From assembly GCA_903855135.1 (NCBI GenBank), contig CAINYB010000001.1, positions 2,740 to 66,739 of the forward strand: DNA of 64,000 nt, given 5' to 3'. Below, piece after piece: positions 48,101-55,989 of this stretch. Within the stretch, counting starts at the first letter, position 1. Each line of letters begins with the position of its first letter. The notes under the pieces are model-generated. The model was not told the DNA's origin. It made no database searches and saw only the letters and a list, made by a program, of their open reading frames with translations. Origin of the DNA: an uncultured bacterium (GTDB taxonomy: Bacteria; Patescibacteriota; Patescibacteriia; UBA1558; GWA2-36-10). The translations under genes were made by a program, and so were the position numbers.

Positions 48101-49492
48101 ATGTCGCACAAAAATGTTAGCACTGGTATCACGAACTTCAGCTGGAACTACTATAACGATTAAATTATCACTCCAATAGTCTGTACAAGCCGAATTTACG
48201 TCATGTGGATCTATACCAAACTTCTCATTACCATCTGCACCTTCAAAAACTACTCGACCGCCACTAGAGCCAAATCCCGAACCATAAACACTAACAATAG
48301 AGCCCTCTTTAGATATTTCTGGACTTATTCTAGTGATTACTGGCCCATCACTTTCAGTGGCTGCACTAAGACAAAAATTTTCATCCACACAAGCATTAGC
48401 CGCACAACAGCCAGACGCACAGTCATTTGGGCCATTGTCACACAAAACATTAAAATCTTCCGGTGCTGATTGTATCTCATTCACTTCCACAAACAGATCC
48501 CCAGACAAAGCATTCATAGGCACAATGGCATTGGTAATTTTAGTATCTGTCCACGTACCAATACTACCAAAACGATTCGATTGCCAAACGTTACCGTCCC
48601 AATTAAAAATATCAACAAAACCAGAATCACCAAAGCCAATACCCTCTATCATGATACCTTCACCACGACGTTGAGTATTTGGCGTCACGCAAGCAATGCC
48701 TGGACCAGGCTCGCCCTCTCTGACTTCAAAAGTAGCTAAATCTGGGTAAGAGCCTTCTTTATTACTAGCAGTATTAATTTTTATCCGATAATTGCCCAAA
48801 GCCACGTTAGGTACAATGGCTTTAATGCGAAAATAGTTATTTGGGCGATTATTAAGACGATTCCAAGCAGCTTGACCATTGCAGTTAATCAGACTAGCTT
48901 CTTGAATCACACCACTACCATCAAATTTTACTTTACTATTTACCGCATTATAAGTTTCAAAATTCCAACCTTCAATAGTAATATATTGACCAATAGTAGC
49001 ACTATTAGCATTTGGTTTAACTTTACAAATTCTAACTGAACCATCATCTGGTGCTGGACAATCTGGAGGAACTACAATCGGATTAATAATAGTACCACCA
49101 TTGTTATTATTACTATTGGGATTAGTGGCCTCATATAATTTATTCAAAACAAAACTAGCGATCGCATAAGCAGATAAAATAATCACCAAGCCGATCACCG
49201 CACTAACAATAATACCTTTAGCAGTTTTTATTTTTTCTTCATCACCACGAGAAGTCATCCATAAATAACCAGCATATAGAATCAAGACAACAGCCAAGAC
49301 TCCCAAAAAACCTAAAAATATATTAATAATATTAGCAATCACCTGCTTTAGGTCTGACTGAGCCAGATTGACTCCAGCGTTTGTCAGATCATTTACTCCA
49401 GTCACATCATTACTTTGGGCTAAAACTAAATTGGCTTTAAGGAGAATTAAAGTCAGAAATGAAAGTAGAGACCAAAAAATTTTTTTATTCAT
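42119..49492 (-). CDS. 2457-aa modular surface protein: signal + TrbC/VirB2-pilin-like TM pair, IPT/TIG repeats, Ig-like (Big_5), FN3, Cys-rich (CGNG..EECD) repeats, C-terminal DUF1554/endostatin-like domain
   Basis: IINIFLGFLG.LAV..ILYAG..WMTS.G.EEKI..AK..I...VIGL.IIL.AYAI; P.I..I.P....G..V.I.G.NFG...W.D..I...VP repeats; PSAPT.L...LAWTDNATNEDGF.IYR; CGNGVVDGAEECDG; IFLTS..YNGNL.G...AAD.LCQ...WKAWLSD. Confidence 0.85.
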   Translation of the reverse strand: MNKKIFWSLLSFLTLILLKANLVLAQSNDVTGVNDLTNAGVNLAQSDLKQVIANIINIFLGFLGVLAVVLILYAGYLWMTSRGDEEKIKTAKGIIVSAVIGLVIILSAYAIASFVLNKLYEATNPNSNNNNGGTIINPIVVPPDCPAPDDGSVRICKVKPNANSATIGQYITIEGWNFETYNAVNSKVKFDGSGVIQEASLINCNGQAAWNRLNNRPNNYFRIKAIVPNVALGNYRIKINTASNKEGSYPDLATFEVREGEPGPGIACVTPNTQRRGEGIMIEGIGFGDSGFVDIFNWDGNVWQSNRFGSIGTWTDTKITNAIVPMNALSGDLFVEVNEIQSAPEDFNVLCDNGPNDCASGCCAANACVDENFCLSAATESDGPVITRISPEISKEGSIVSVYGSGFGSSGGRVVFEGADGNEKFGIDPHDVNSACTDYWSDNLIVIVVPAEVRDTSANIFVRHVDERESNSKIFNDSGEEAPSLCKLEPTSGSFGEAVVAHGFNFNNTDSAFFGGVNGTFSYDNPQKANLVVPNLSAGELSVWFKNTADKSSNELPFSVEVAGGGAPIINSINPDNAPAGQYLTIIGSNFGNIAGSVRFIKPDGTFDLGDFDFPAQCLANYWRNDSIVVKAPNLASGPYQIKVIRSSDSEQSNAYNFNMSIGAPGPGLCFMDPNNGPANGVFDVTLYGDNFGNVSDHVYFSSGVSSEINSWSDQLINVRVPNGAVTGPTKVRVGAQDSNGLNFSVATCTNNTQCVSGNECCQEATGNYCAPLGHCPADLSCSYSWTITTAADPFSLQELACDPAVHNLSSPSPWPGATDAYLDTNITGMFNADVEDADFNTTSNLKLFACNTGGAFNSADCVENIAVNLTIINHNSNQEGFVLNPGINLTPNRWYKVALGEFNKASGSETWSGATYDWHFRAQENLCQVVSIAVTPTDSPSADIYVGHEREFSASPIGGNCNICGSNYNWSAWSLEGSNADKANIGWFRTQNTNIAKVKVEGTQVTENSTPATVTVKAQLNGLMSYAYPKIKDAVLEVVDYGPNCNSSCTNALVWVDFNTAISESNLYDNIVIKKCTDSTCALLTGANLVTSFDVSVDGRRVAILHSDFIPETYYKVELKQELKNIAGYKISAPFSWSFQTNKDGACTPTSLEIDPSYYLATDDSMINYSAFPYSTANACDPHGQILNPMSYSPYNWSLNPAGIADLIPSNIYRADIRPQAEGMTRVNASLSSYTLEDQAILEVDFGDTLVYTAPKIVPTPKPQTPACLNSAIEVQFNTLMDRASLEAGMRLYKKSASEELPGYCVKKDFQWYCPVETNFVFTNNSDKSKAFLYPVSPLQASTEYLSLVSGRVKSNMGVNLVTEQLNFDSDDNGSMDAYIWLFETNNQMCRVSFVTVAPNPDLFSCSRSNCLGDVADALSGNQHSYTAIAYDPSGSPLVMTDYAWQENNDFLDLESDNQQTILATALNKNGQTNLIVEVSDELAGSALGSAQVDLFLCEHPWPRQASNFPYDFNDLYNFSTYYCQDSGRVNEPLLPYLGSPNILPPNGQTLREFIFIVDPKQTVIAKSEENTKNYWWQNLFAKVKNTVLAAIAIPSAPTSLLLADNSADGVKLAWTDNATNEDGFNIYRKSSTVDWYKIATVDSGNQNPINFTDNNVINNEVYSYRVTAYNMGGESAATNEIAVTAKASSLDVIGVRVMKNEEHLALSDWYTKYAPNPEIAGQAQVIDGYPALKVGNTIYINALNVVDVNGGSVYSNIYMISYSIGARESTADIVSQMLSNLHLSTNVSNMGVCSSDASISCSSKFDCPNQGNCDADGDKLRRDNQRLGDLLSIQNKLKAYSNNYKFCNNNANISCTQDSQCPSGGDCVPYYPLLNAGTYVPHIAVSPWPSWQQEFSNVLGMSLPVDPLNRFSACPDGFDEETCWNDEINRFTCPLNSSIYFYKNEGGYNYSLDANFEFVYPNNYTIPDLDEHIHLNNPQCNASFNGLPQGSLGCGNGVVDGAEECDGGFQNLCDTTPEPDNNQDWWNEHLGGCYPAGSLDADGNSIECTWYEPWPILTEAMCGGYCGDHILDDPYETCEGNNTVVEEYSCLDGQTATCNTCTPVCSDGSVASPASCGDGVINPSEECDTTNLAGKDCTAFDYDYGNLSCNQCNFDLSDCSDEESLPPPPPNCGNGVINPPEQCDGSNLNNQTCQDFGWDQGSLSCNASCNFNQSNCSEIAESDGATIFLTSTAYNGNLLGAATNKGYSGSDGLAAADYLCQWHADSQNSLAREGIWKAWLSDFDTSAGSRLAHNSLEYKMTNGTVIADDWTDLTDTTLDNAINRLENGEQTAMNNPINDCTAQGCIFWSGTKYDGSIYYPGIAMSGEICNMDSEENFCHDYTNSFENIRYINDCVNRGRLGETSKISPNPNSNPDITWSGGSFLSMNENTWPRCDHTLPLLCLWQQPMNNNNNQN

Positions 49493-49540
49493 GATAATAT
49501 AGCTAAAATTTTATTTTAATTTGTTTACTCCCCGTCTAAT

Positions 49541-49560
49541 GCCTGCCTGTCGGTAGGCAG
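49541..49560. repeat. Small GC-rich palindrome gcctgcctgtcggtaggcag
   Basis: Imperfect palindrome in the spacer between the two pilin-domain genes. Confidence 0.45.
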
Positions 49561-49584
49561 AGCAGTCAAACGGCACACGCTGCA

Positions 49585-51159
49585 TTAATCGCTCTCACAC
49601 CTCGAACCAAGAACGCAATCTGGCGAAGGATCCCCTTCACAAACACAAGATCGGCCAGTAGGATCTTGACAAACACAAGGTTGAAAACAATTTTGATAAA
49701 CATCTTTGATATCTGAAGTCAAAGTTGGCTTATAAGATGTGTAGGATTTTAAACGATCATGAGATATTTTGATTTGACGTCCACTAGCCACACTTAGCCA
49801 ATAATTTATTGGATTATTCGGTGATTCCACAAAAGTAATATTATCACTATTGATAGAGGCAGTCATAAGACTTTTATCAAAAATGATGTTAATTGGTGAG
49901 TTTGTAGGAACGGCATTGTTATCTTCCATGGAACTAATTTTTGGTGGCACCAAATCAATCGTATTATTAGTATTAAATGCCCAGACATAATCAGCGGCTA
50001 GCGAATTATCTGCCATATCTTTGATATTAGTCGTGACAGTAGAAGCTAAACTAGCTGAGGCTGGTAGACAATATACATTACCTCCGCAAGAATTAGTACC
50101 ACAAAGATCATCAGTCACAAATTCTACGGTTCTGTATTGATTTGCTATCCGATAAGTACCAGCTAAAATAGTAGCTGCCTGTTTAACATTGATATTAGTA
50201 AAGGCTGGTGCTAGGCCACTAGCTAAAAGTGGATTTATACTTTCAGAAAAATTCACCTGCACAATAGTATTACGAGGATTAATAGTGTCAGCCACTGGTA
50301 TCACTGAAACTACAGTTGGTGGTGTCAAGTCTATCTCTTCACTGACAGTAAAATTCCAATCATAGCCATTTAAACCAAAGGCTGATTCGCCACTATCTTT
50401 CCTAATCTCATTGGACAAAGAAAAATTGTAACTAGTATTTTGGTTAGCTGCTCCTAAATAAGACCCTGGATCACTACCAAATGGATTTAAAGCCAAAACT
50501 TTATGGTCTTCACTTAAAATAGCTTGTAAGGAATTATTATCAAAAATTTGATCAGTAGTATTATTTTTTAATATAAGATTATTTGCCTTGGCACAGGTGC
50601 CATAAGAACAATCAAATAATAAATCTTCGGACTTAATGGCTTCTTTGAAAGTAATATAAATATTAGTATTACGCGGAATATCTTCAGCATTACGCATCGG
50701 ATAATGACTTTCAATCACACCATTACCAATACCAATACCTCCATGATAACCACCGCCACCATCAGCTCCACCGCCACCACCAAAAGTACCATCAAATAAA
50801 GCTTTTAAAATAAAACTAGCGATCGCATAAGCAGCGAGCGTAATAGCTAAGCCAATAGCGGTATCTACCATAATTTTTTTAGCCTTTTCTAGCTTAGCTG
50901 CTTCACCATTGGCCGTCATCCATAACCAACCAGCATAGAGAAATAATAAGACCGCCAAAGTCCCTAAAAATCCCAAAATAATATTAATAATATTGGCGAT
51001 CACTTGTTTTAAATCTGTTTGCCCCAAATTTACTCCAGCGTTAGCCAGGTCGTTAACCCCTGTAACATCGTTACTTTGTGCTAACAAGTCTTTTGGTAAC
51101 AAAAAAATAACTGCTAATAAAACAATTAGAAAAACAGTTATTCTCTTTAATTTAAGCAT
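49585..51159 (-). CDS. Pilin-like N-terminal domain + Ig-like (Big_5) repeat surface protein
   Basis: N-terminus AQSNDVTGVNDLANAGVNLGQTDLKQVIANIINI is shared with the giant protein; P.N..I...F.E / DL.PP.V repeats. Confidence 0.82.
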   Translation of the reverse strand: MLKLKRITVFLIVLLAVIFLLPKDLLAQSNDVTGVNDLANAGVNLGQTDLKQVIANIINIILGFLGTLAVLLFLYAGWLWMTANGEAAKLEKAKKIMVDTAIGLAITLAAYAIASFILKALFDGTFGGGGGADGGGGYHGGIGIGNGVIESHYPMRNAEDIPRNTNIYITFKEAIKSEDLLFDCSYGTCAKANNLILKNNTTDQIFDNNSLQAILSEDHKVLALNPFGSDPGSYLGAANQNTSYNFSLSNEIRKDSGESAFGLNGYDWNFTVSEEIDLTPPTVVSVIPVADTINPRNTIVQVNFSESINPLLASGLAPAFTNINVKQAATILAGTYRIANQYRTVEFVTDDLCGTNSCGGNVYCLPASASLASTVTTNIKDMADNSLAADYVWAFNTNNTIDLVPPKISSMEDNNAVPTNSPINIIFDKSLMTASINSDNITFVESPNNPINYWLSVASGRQIKISHDRLKSYTSYKPTLTSDIKDVYQNCFQPCVCQDPTGRSCVCEGDPSPDCVLGSRCESD

Positions 51160-51182
51160 GGTAATGTTTTTATTTTTATAAA

Positions 51183-51620
51183 TTATAAAGCAAGTTTTGC
51201 TTTTACTAACTTTTGTACTAATTGGCCATCGGCCTGACCCTTGGTTTGAGTTATTACTTCTTTCATCACTAAACCAAAACTATTTACTCCAGACGCAATA
51301 ACACTATCAACGATTTTAGTAACATCTTCTTCTGACATTAAGGCTGGTAAATAAGCCTCTATGATAATAGCTTCAGCTTTTTCTTGATCCGCTAAATCAT
51401 GACGTCCGGCCGACTCAAAAGCTAAAATAGAGTCTTGTCTTTTTTTCAACTCACGACGTAAAACTAGACCAACTTCTTCATCGTTGAGTTCAGTTTGTTT
51501 TTTGGCAATCGCTTCATTTTTGAGAGCACTCTTTAACATCCTTAAAACAGATAGCTTCAGAGCGGCTTGCTCTTTCAAAGCATTTTTAAAGTCTATTTCA
51601 ATATTTTGTGCTAAAGACAT
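51183..51620 (-). CDS. GatB/YqeY domain protein
   Basis: LRMLKSALKN, KKRQDSI..F..AGR.DLA..E..E..II..YLP, G.VMK, ADG..V. Confidence 0.93.
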   Translation of the reverse strand: MSLAQNIEIDFKNALKEQAALKLSVLRMLKSALKNEAIAKKQTELNDEEVGLVLRRELKKRQDSILAFESAGRHDLADQEKAEAIIIEAYLPALMSEEDVTKIVDSVIASGVNSFGLVMKEVITQTKGQADGQLVQKLVKAKLAL

Positions 51621-51673
51621 AATATATTCTTTAATAGCTTGTCCATTACAGCATAATGGACAAAAACTAAAGA

Positions 51674-51916
51674 CTATTTACCGTAACGTTTGGTTAAAAA
51701 ATCGTCTAATTTGCCAATGCGTTTCAAATATTCTACTTTGCCTGACATGTCTAAACGACGTAAAGCACTTTCTTTTTGCTTACGTTTTGAGCTATCTTTG
51801 CTATAAAAACGAACCTTTTTGGCTTGCAAAATCTTACCACTTTGAATAGTTTTCTTGGTAAAACGACGAACCATGTTTTCAAAAGATTCATTATCTTTGC
51901 GTTTGACTTCCAACAC
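51674..51916 (-). CDS. rpsU: 30S ribosomal protein bS21
   Basis: EVKRKDNESFENMVRRF.K...SG; rpsU-yqeY synteny; gaggtg RBS before GTG at 51916. Confidence 0.85.
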   Translation of the reverse strand: MLEVKRKDNESFENMVRRFTKKTIQSGKILQAKKVRFYSKDSSKRKQKESALRRLDMSGKVEYLKRIGKLDDFLTKRYGK

Positions 51917-52102
51917 TTGGATGCACCTCACTTTCTAAATTTTTTAAAAAGGAATATAGGCAATTTCTTTCCATATTCTTACCATTATAATGACAAATTT
52001 TTTGACAAAAGTCAAGGTGTAAAAAACTACACTAGCTGTGGATAACTCACAATATTTCTTATAAAAAATACCCCCGCCAGAGGGTATTTATTATTTAAAA
52101 TT

Positions 52103-53428
52103 TTATTTACTCTTTTTTAAGACTTTAGCGATCAAATGATGTTCTAATCTTTTTTGAACTTCTTTGACAGCTTTTTTAATATCCACTACTTCTTGCACAC
52201 CATTTTCCATATCTCGAATCAAAACTGTACCATCAACAATTTCTTTTTGACCCAAGATCAAAGCATAGCGCGCACCTTTTTTATCAGCGGATTCTAACTG
52301 ACCTTTAAGGCCAGTTTTGGCTAAATCTTCTGATACGGAAACTTTTTCTTTTCTTAACTCTAATAATAAATGTAAAGCTTTTTTTCTAGCTTCTGGACCT
52401 AAAGTCGCTACATAGACATCTGGACGCCAGTTCTCGGGCAAAGAAGCTTTAACATCTTTCATTTTATTAATCACCCGCTCTACACCACAAGCAAAACCAA
52501 TCGCTGGTGTCTGTCGACCGCCCATCAAATAAACTAAATCGTCATAGCGTCCACCACCACCCAAAGCATTTAGTTTACCCTCTTCACTGGTCTCTACTAT
52601 TTCCCAAGCAGTTTTAGTGTAATAATCCAAACCTCTGACAATTTTAGAGTTTAGATTATATTTCACATCTAACTCATCTAAATACTCTAAAACTGCGGTA
52701 AAATGTTTGTTGCATTCGTCACAAAGATGATCAACGGTCTGGGGGGCGTCTTTGGCTAAGTCTTGACATTTTTTCACCTTACAATCCAAAAGCCGTAAAG
52801 GATTTTTTAATAAACGCTTTTGACAATCTAAACACAAATCTTTTTTATTGTCTTTATAATAGTTTGTCAATGTCTTAATATATTTTGGGCGACAGCTATC
52901 ATCACCAATACTATTGACTTGAATCTCTACATTCAAACCTAGCTCTTGTAAGATAAAATAAGACAAACTAATCATTTGTGCATCAACTATTGGATCATTT
53001 TCACCGATGACTTCAAAACCAAATTGCCAAAATTGACGATAACGACCAGCTTGTGGTTTATCATGACGAAACTGTGGAGCAAAATAAAATAATTTTACTG
53101 GCTGTGGCAGATTTAGCATACCGTGCTCAATATAAGCTCTGACTACACCAGCGGTATTTTCTGGACGTAAAGATAATTTTTCTCCACCCTGATCAACAAA
53201 AGAATACATTTCTTTAGAAACAGCATCAGTTTCTTCACCAACTGCGCGTTTAAACAAAGCTGTTGCTTCAACGATAGGTGTATCAATATATTGAAAACCA
53301 TAATCTTTGGCAGCTGCATTTACTTTATTTCTGATCAAATCCCAATAAGCTTGTTCATTGGGCAAAATGTCTTTCATGCCCTTGACGAGCTTGATCACGC
53401 TTTTGCTTGCTTTTTTCACTTTTGGCAT
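52103..53428 (-). CDS. hisS: Histidine--tRNA ligase
   Basis: KGMKDILP, LRPENTA, FRHDKPQAGRYRQFWQ, RGLDYY, GGGRYD. Confidence 0.98.
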   Translation of the reverse strand: MPKVKKASKSVIKLVKGMKDILPNEQAYWDLIRNKVNAAAKDYGFQYIDTPIVEATALFKRAVGEETDAVSKEMYSFVDQGGEKLSLRPENTAGVVRAYIEHGMLNLPQPVKLFYFAPQFRHDKPQAGRYRQFWQFGFEVIGENDPIVDAQMISLSYFILQELGLNVEIQVNSIGDDSCRPKYIKTLTNYYKDNKKDLCLDCQKRLLKNPLRLLDCKVKKCQDLAKDAPQTVDHLCDECNKHFTAVLEYLDELDVKYNLNSKIVRGLDYYTKTAWEIVETSEEGKLNALGGGGRYDDLVYLMGGRQTPAIGFACGVERVINKMKDVKASLPENWRPDVYVATLGPEARKKALHLLLELRKEKVSVSEDLAKTGLKGQLESADKKGARYALILGQKEIVDGTVLIRDMENGVQEVVDIKKAVKEVQKRLEHHLIAKVLKKSK

Positions 53429-53550
53429 AAACTTTTTTAATAAATATTCTTCGCTAGTATTTCCCCCGATGGGGGAAATTTAGCAGTTAATATAATTAAT
53501 TCTTATTATTATTTTCCCGCGTCAGCGGGAAAAACAAATACTTGAATGCT

Positions 53551-54186
53551 TTATTTATAGTCTGGTAAATTAAAAGTTGAAATCCGATCTACTGGCCAAC
53601 CCCTGAACCAAACACGGCCAATGATTAATTTTTTTGGTAAAGCCTGAAAAGCACGAGAGTCTCTACTCACTGGACGATTATCACCTAAGACAAAATATTC
53701 ATCTTGACCCAAAGTTAATTTAGAAAAACTTTGCTCAGATAAATTATCAATATAGGTTTCCTCTAATTCTTTGCCATTAATAGACACTTTGCCATTAATA
53801 ATCTCCACTGTTTCACCTGGCAAAGCAATTACGCGCTTGATATAATATTGTTTATTATTACCAGGATTACGAAAGACCACTACTTCACCTCTAGCTGGAT
53901 CATGAAAACGATAAGAAAGCTCATCAATAATCAAATATTCTTTATCATAAAAATTTGGCTCCATCGAAGCACCTTCGACATAAAAAGGCTGAACCAAAAA
54001 CATACGCACCGGTAAGATGATCGCTAAAGAAATCAAAACTACTTTGATTATCTCAAAAATAAATAAACCAAACTTTTTCACAGCCGCTAAAATAAAATTA
54101 TCTTGATCATGAGAAAAATTGTCTAAATTCAAATCTGGAGTCTCGACTTGCTTAGGATTTGGCTCATTTTGCATATTTTTATTCAT
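53551..54186 (-). CDS. lepB: Signal peptidase I
   Basis: GASMEPNF, YIKRVIALPGE, FVLGDNR..SRDSR. Confidence 0.96.
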   Translation of the reverse strand: MNKNMQNEPNPKQVETPDLNLDNFSHDQDNFILAAVKKFGLFIFEIIKVVLISLAIILPVRMFLVQPFYVEGASMEPNFYDKEYLIIDELSYRFHDPARGEVVVFRNPGNNKQYYIKRVIALPGETVEIINGKVSINGKELEETYIDNLSEQSFSKLTLGQDEYFVLGDNRPVSRDSRAFQALPKKLIIGRVWFRGWPVDRISTFNLPDYK

Positions 54187-54423
54187 CTATAACTACTTTT
54201 TAAATTTCCCGCACCAGCGGGAAATTTTCAAGTAATTTTATATATATTTAAGGCTTTTATTAATAAACAGACTTATTATACACAAAGGCTTTAAGAAAAG
54301 CAAACCTCTAATTTAACACAAAATAGCAAAAAATTAGCCTTTATCCTGATATTGACTTGAGCTCTCATTTTTAGTATAATCAAGATAATTTGTCAGCTAA
54401 AAATTAAAGAAAACCAGGCAAAA

Positions 54424-55977
54424 ATGAACCAATCTGATTTTACAAAAAAGAAAATCAATTTTTTAAGTTCTGAACCAGAACAGCATGCACATGCCGAACA
54501 AATTGATCATCCGCACCAAACACATCACCCAAGACAAAATAACAAAAGAAAGAAAATTTCTTATTTTTTTATTTTTGCTATTATTATCTTAAGTATTTTA
54601 GCTCGCAGCTTAGCAGCTGGTAACAATGGTTTTTTGTCTGGTATAAAAAATAGCTATCTCTTGAGACAGATTATAAATATAGTTTCTCCAAGTGAAAAGT
54701 ATTTGGACGGTGAAAAAGAAGATCGCATCAACTTTTTATTGACTGGTATGGGTGGTCCCGGCCACAATGGGCCATACTTAACTGATACTATTATTTTAGT
54801 CAACTTCAAACCATCTACTAAACAAGCATCTTTTATCTCTTTACCGCGCGACATGATCGTGCCAGTTGGTCCAAATAATTATCAAAAAATAAATAGTATC
54901 TATACTATAGGCAAACAAAAAGATGACCAAGGTGCTGAATACTTAAAAGAAATAGTCTCCAAAACTTTTGATATCCCGGTACATTATTATGTCAATGTAG
55001 ATTTTCAGGGCTTTGTGGAAATCATCGATGCTATCGGTGGCGTCAAAGTAACAGTTGACAGTAGTTTTACTGACTATCAATTTCCGACCGAAGACTATAA
55101 ATACCAAGAAGTATCTTTCAAGGCTGGTGAACAAAAAATGGATGGCTTAACTGCTTTACGTTTTGCTCGCTCTCGTCATGGTAACAATGGCGAAGGCTCA
55201 GATTTTGCCCGCAGTAAAAGACAACAAAAAATCTTGACAGCGATGAAAGAAAAAATCGTTTCTTTCAATACTTTAGTCAATCCAAAGAAAATCACTGCTT
55301 TATTTTCTTTACTCAATCAATATACCCAGACAAATCTAGAGCCATGGGAAGCTGTCAAATTAGTTCACATGGCTAAAGGCTTAAAAAACGAAGATATTAT
55401 CAGTCAATCAATCGATGATCGACCAGGTGGATTCTTAAAATCTGGCATCTCAATGGACGGAGCTTATATCTTGCAACCAGTTAGCGGTAATTTTCAGGCC
55501 ATTCAACAATTGATCAAAAATATTCTCCACGCTAAAGATGTCAATTCAGAAAACCCCAAGATAGTCATCCAAAATGGTACCCCGATGCCGGGCTTGGCTT
55601 TGCAAGCAGTGAACTATCTAGAATACATGGGCTATAAAGTCTTAAAGTATGGCAATGCTGAAAAACAAGATAAAATCAGCACGGTAATTTATGAATACAC
55701 CAAAGACAAAGAGCAAACTAAAAAAATGCTAGAATCTGTTTTTAATACTAAGATAGAAAAAAATATTCCTTTAGAATACTTAAACTCGGTGGTGGTAAAA
55801 AACTGGCAAATCAAAGATGAGAATAATAATGATGCTCAACTAGACTTTTTGATCATTTTAGGCTCTGATCAAATCATTGATGCTAGCGCCCAAATTGTCC
55901 CTACTATGGATCCAAATGCACTTACCTCCTCGACCGCCTCTACAACTTCCTCTACTATTGAAATTTTAAATCCTTAA
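54424..55977 (+). CDS. LCP (LytR-CpsA-Psr) family protein with LytR C-terminal domain
   Basis: TDTIIL, SLPRD, KINS, DAIGGV, ARSRH, SDFARSKRQQ; C-terminal IQNGT..PGLA. TTGACT-17-TATAAT promoter at about 54352-54380. Confidence 0.93.
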   Translation: MNQSDFTKKKINFLSSEPEQHAHAEQIDHPHQTHHPRQNNKRKKISYFFIFAIIILSILARSLAAGNNGFLSGIKNSYLLRQIINIVSPSEKYLDGEKEDRINFLLTGMGGPGHNGPYLTDTIILVNFKPSTKQASFISLPRDMIVPVGPNNYQKINSIYTIGKQKDDQGAEYLKEIVSKTFDIPVHYYVNVDFQGFVEIIDAIGGVKVTVDSSFTDYQFPTEDYKYQEVSFKAGEQKMDGLTALRFARSRHGNNGEGSDFARSKRQQKILTAMKEKIVSFNTLVNPKKITALFSLLNQYTQTNLEPWEAVKLVHMAKGLKNEDIISQSIDDRPGGFLKSGISMDGAYILQPVSGNFQAIQQLIKNILHAKDVNSENPKIVIQNGTPMPGLALQAVNYLEYMGYKVLKYGNAEKQDKISTVIYEYTKDKEQTKKMLESVFNTKIEKNIPLEYLNSVVVKNWQIKDENNNDAQLDFLIILGSDQIIDASAQIVPTMDPNALTSSTASTTSSTIEILNP

Positions 55978-55989
55978 AACCTTAATTAT

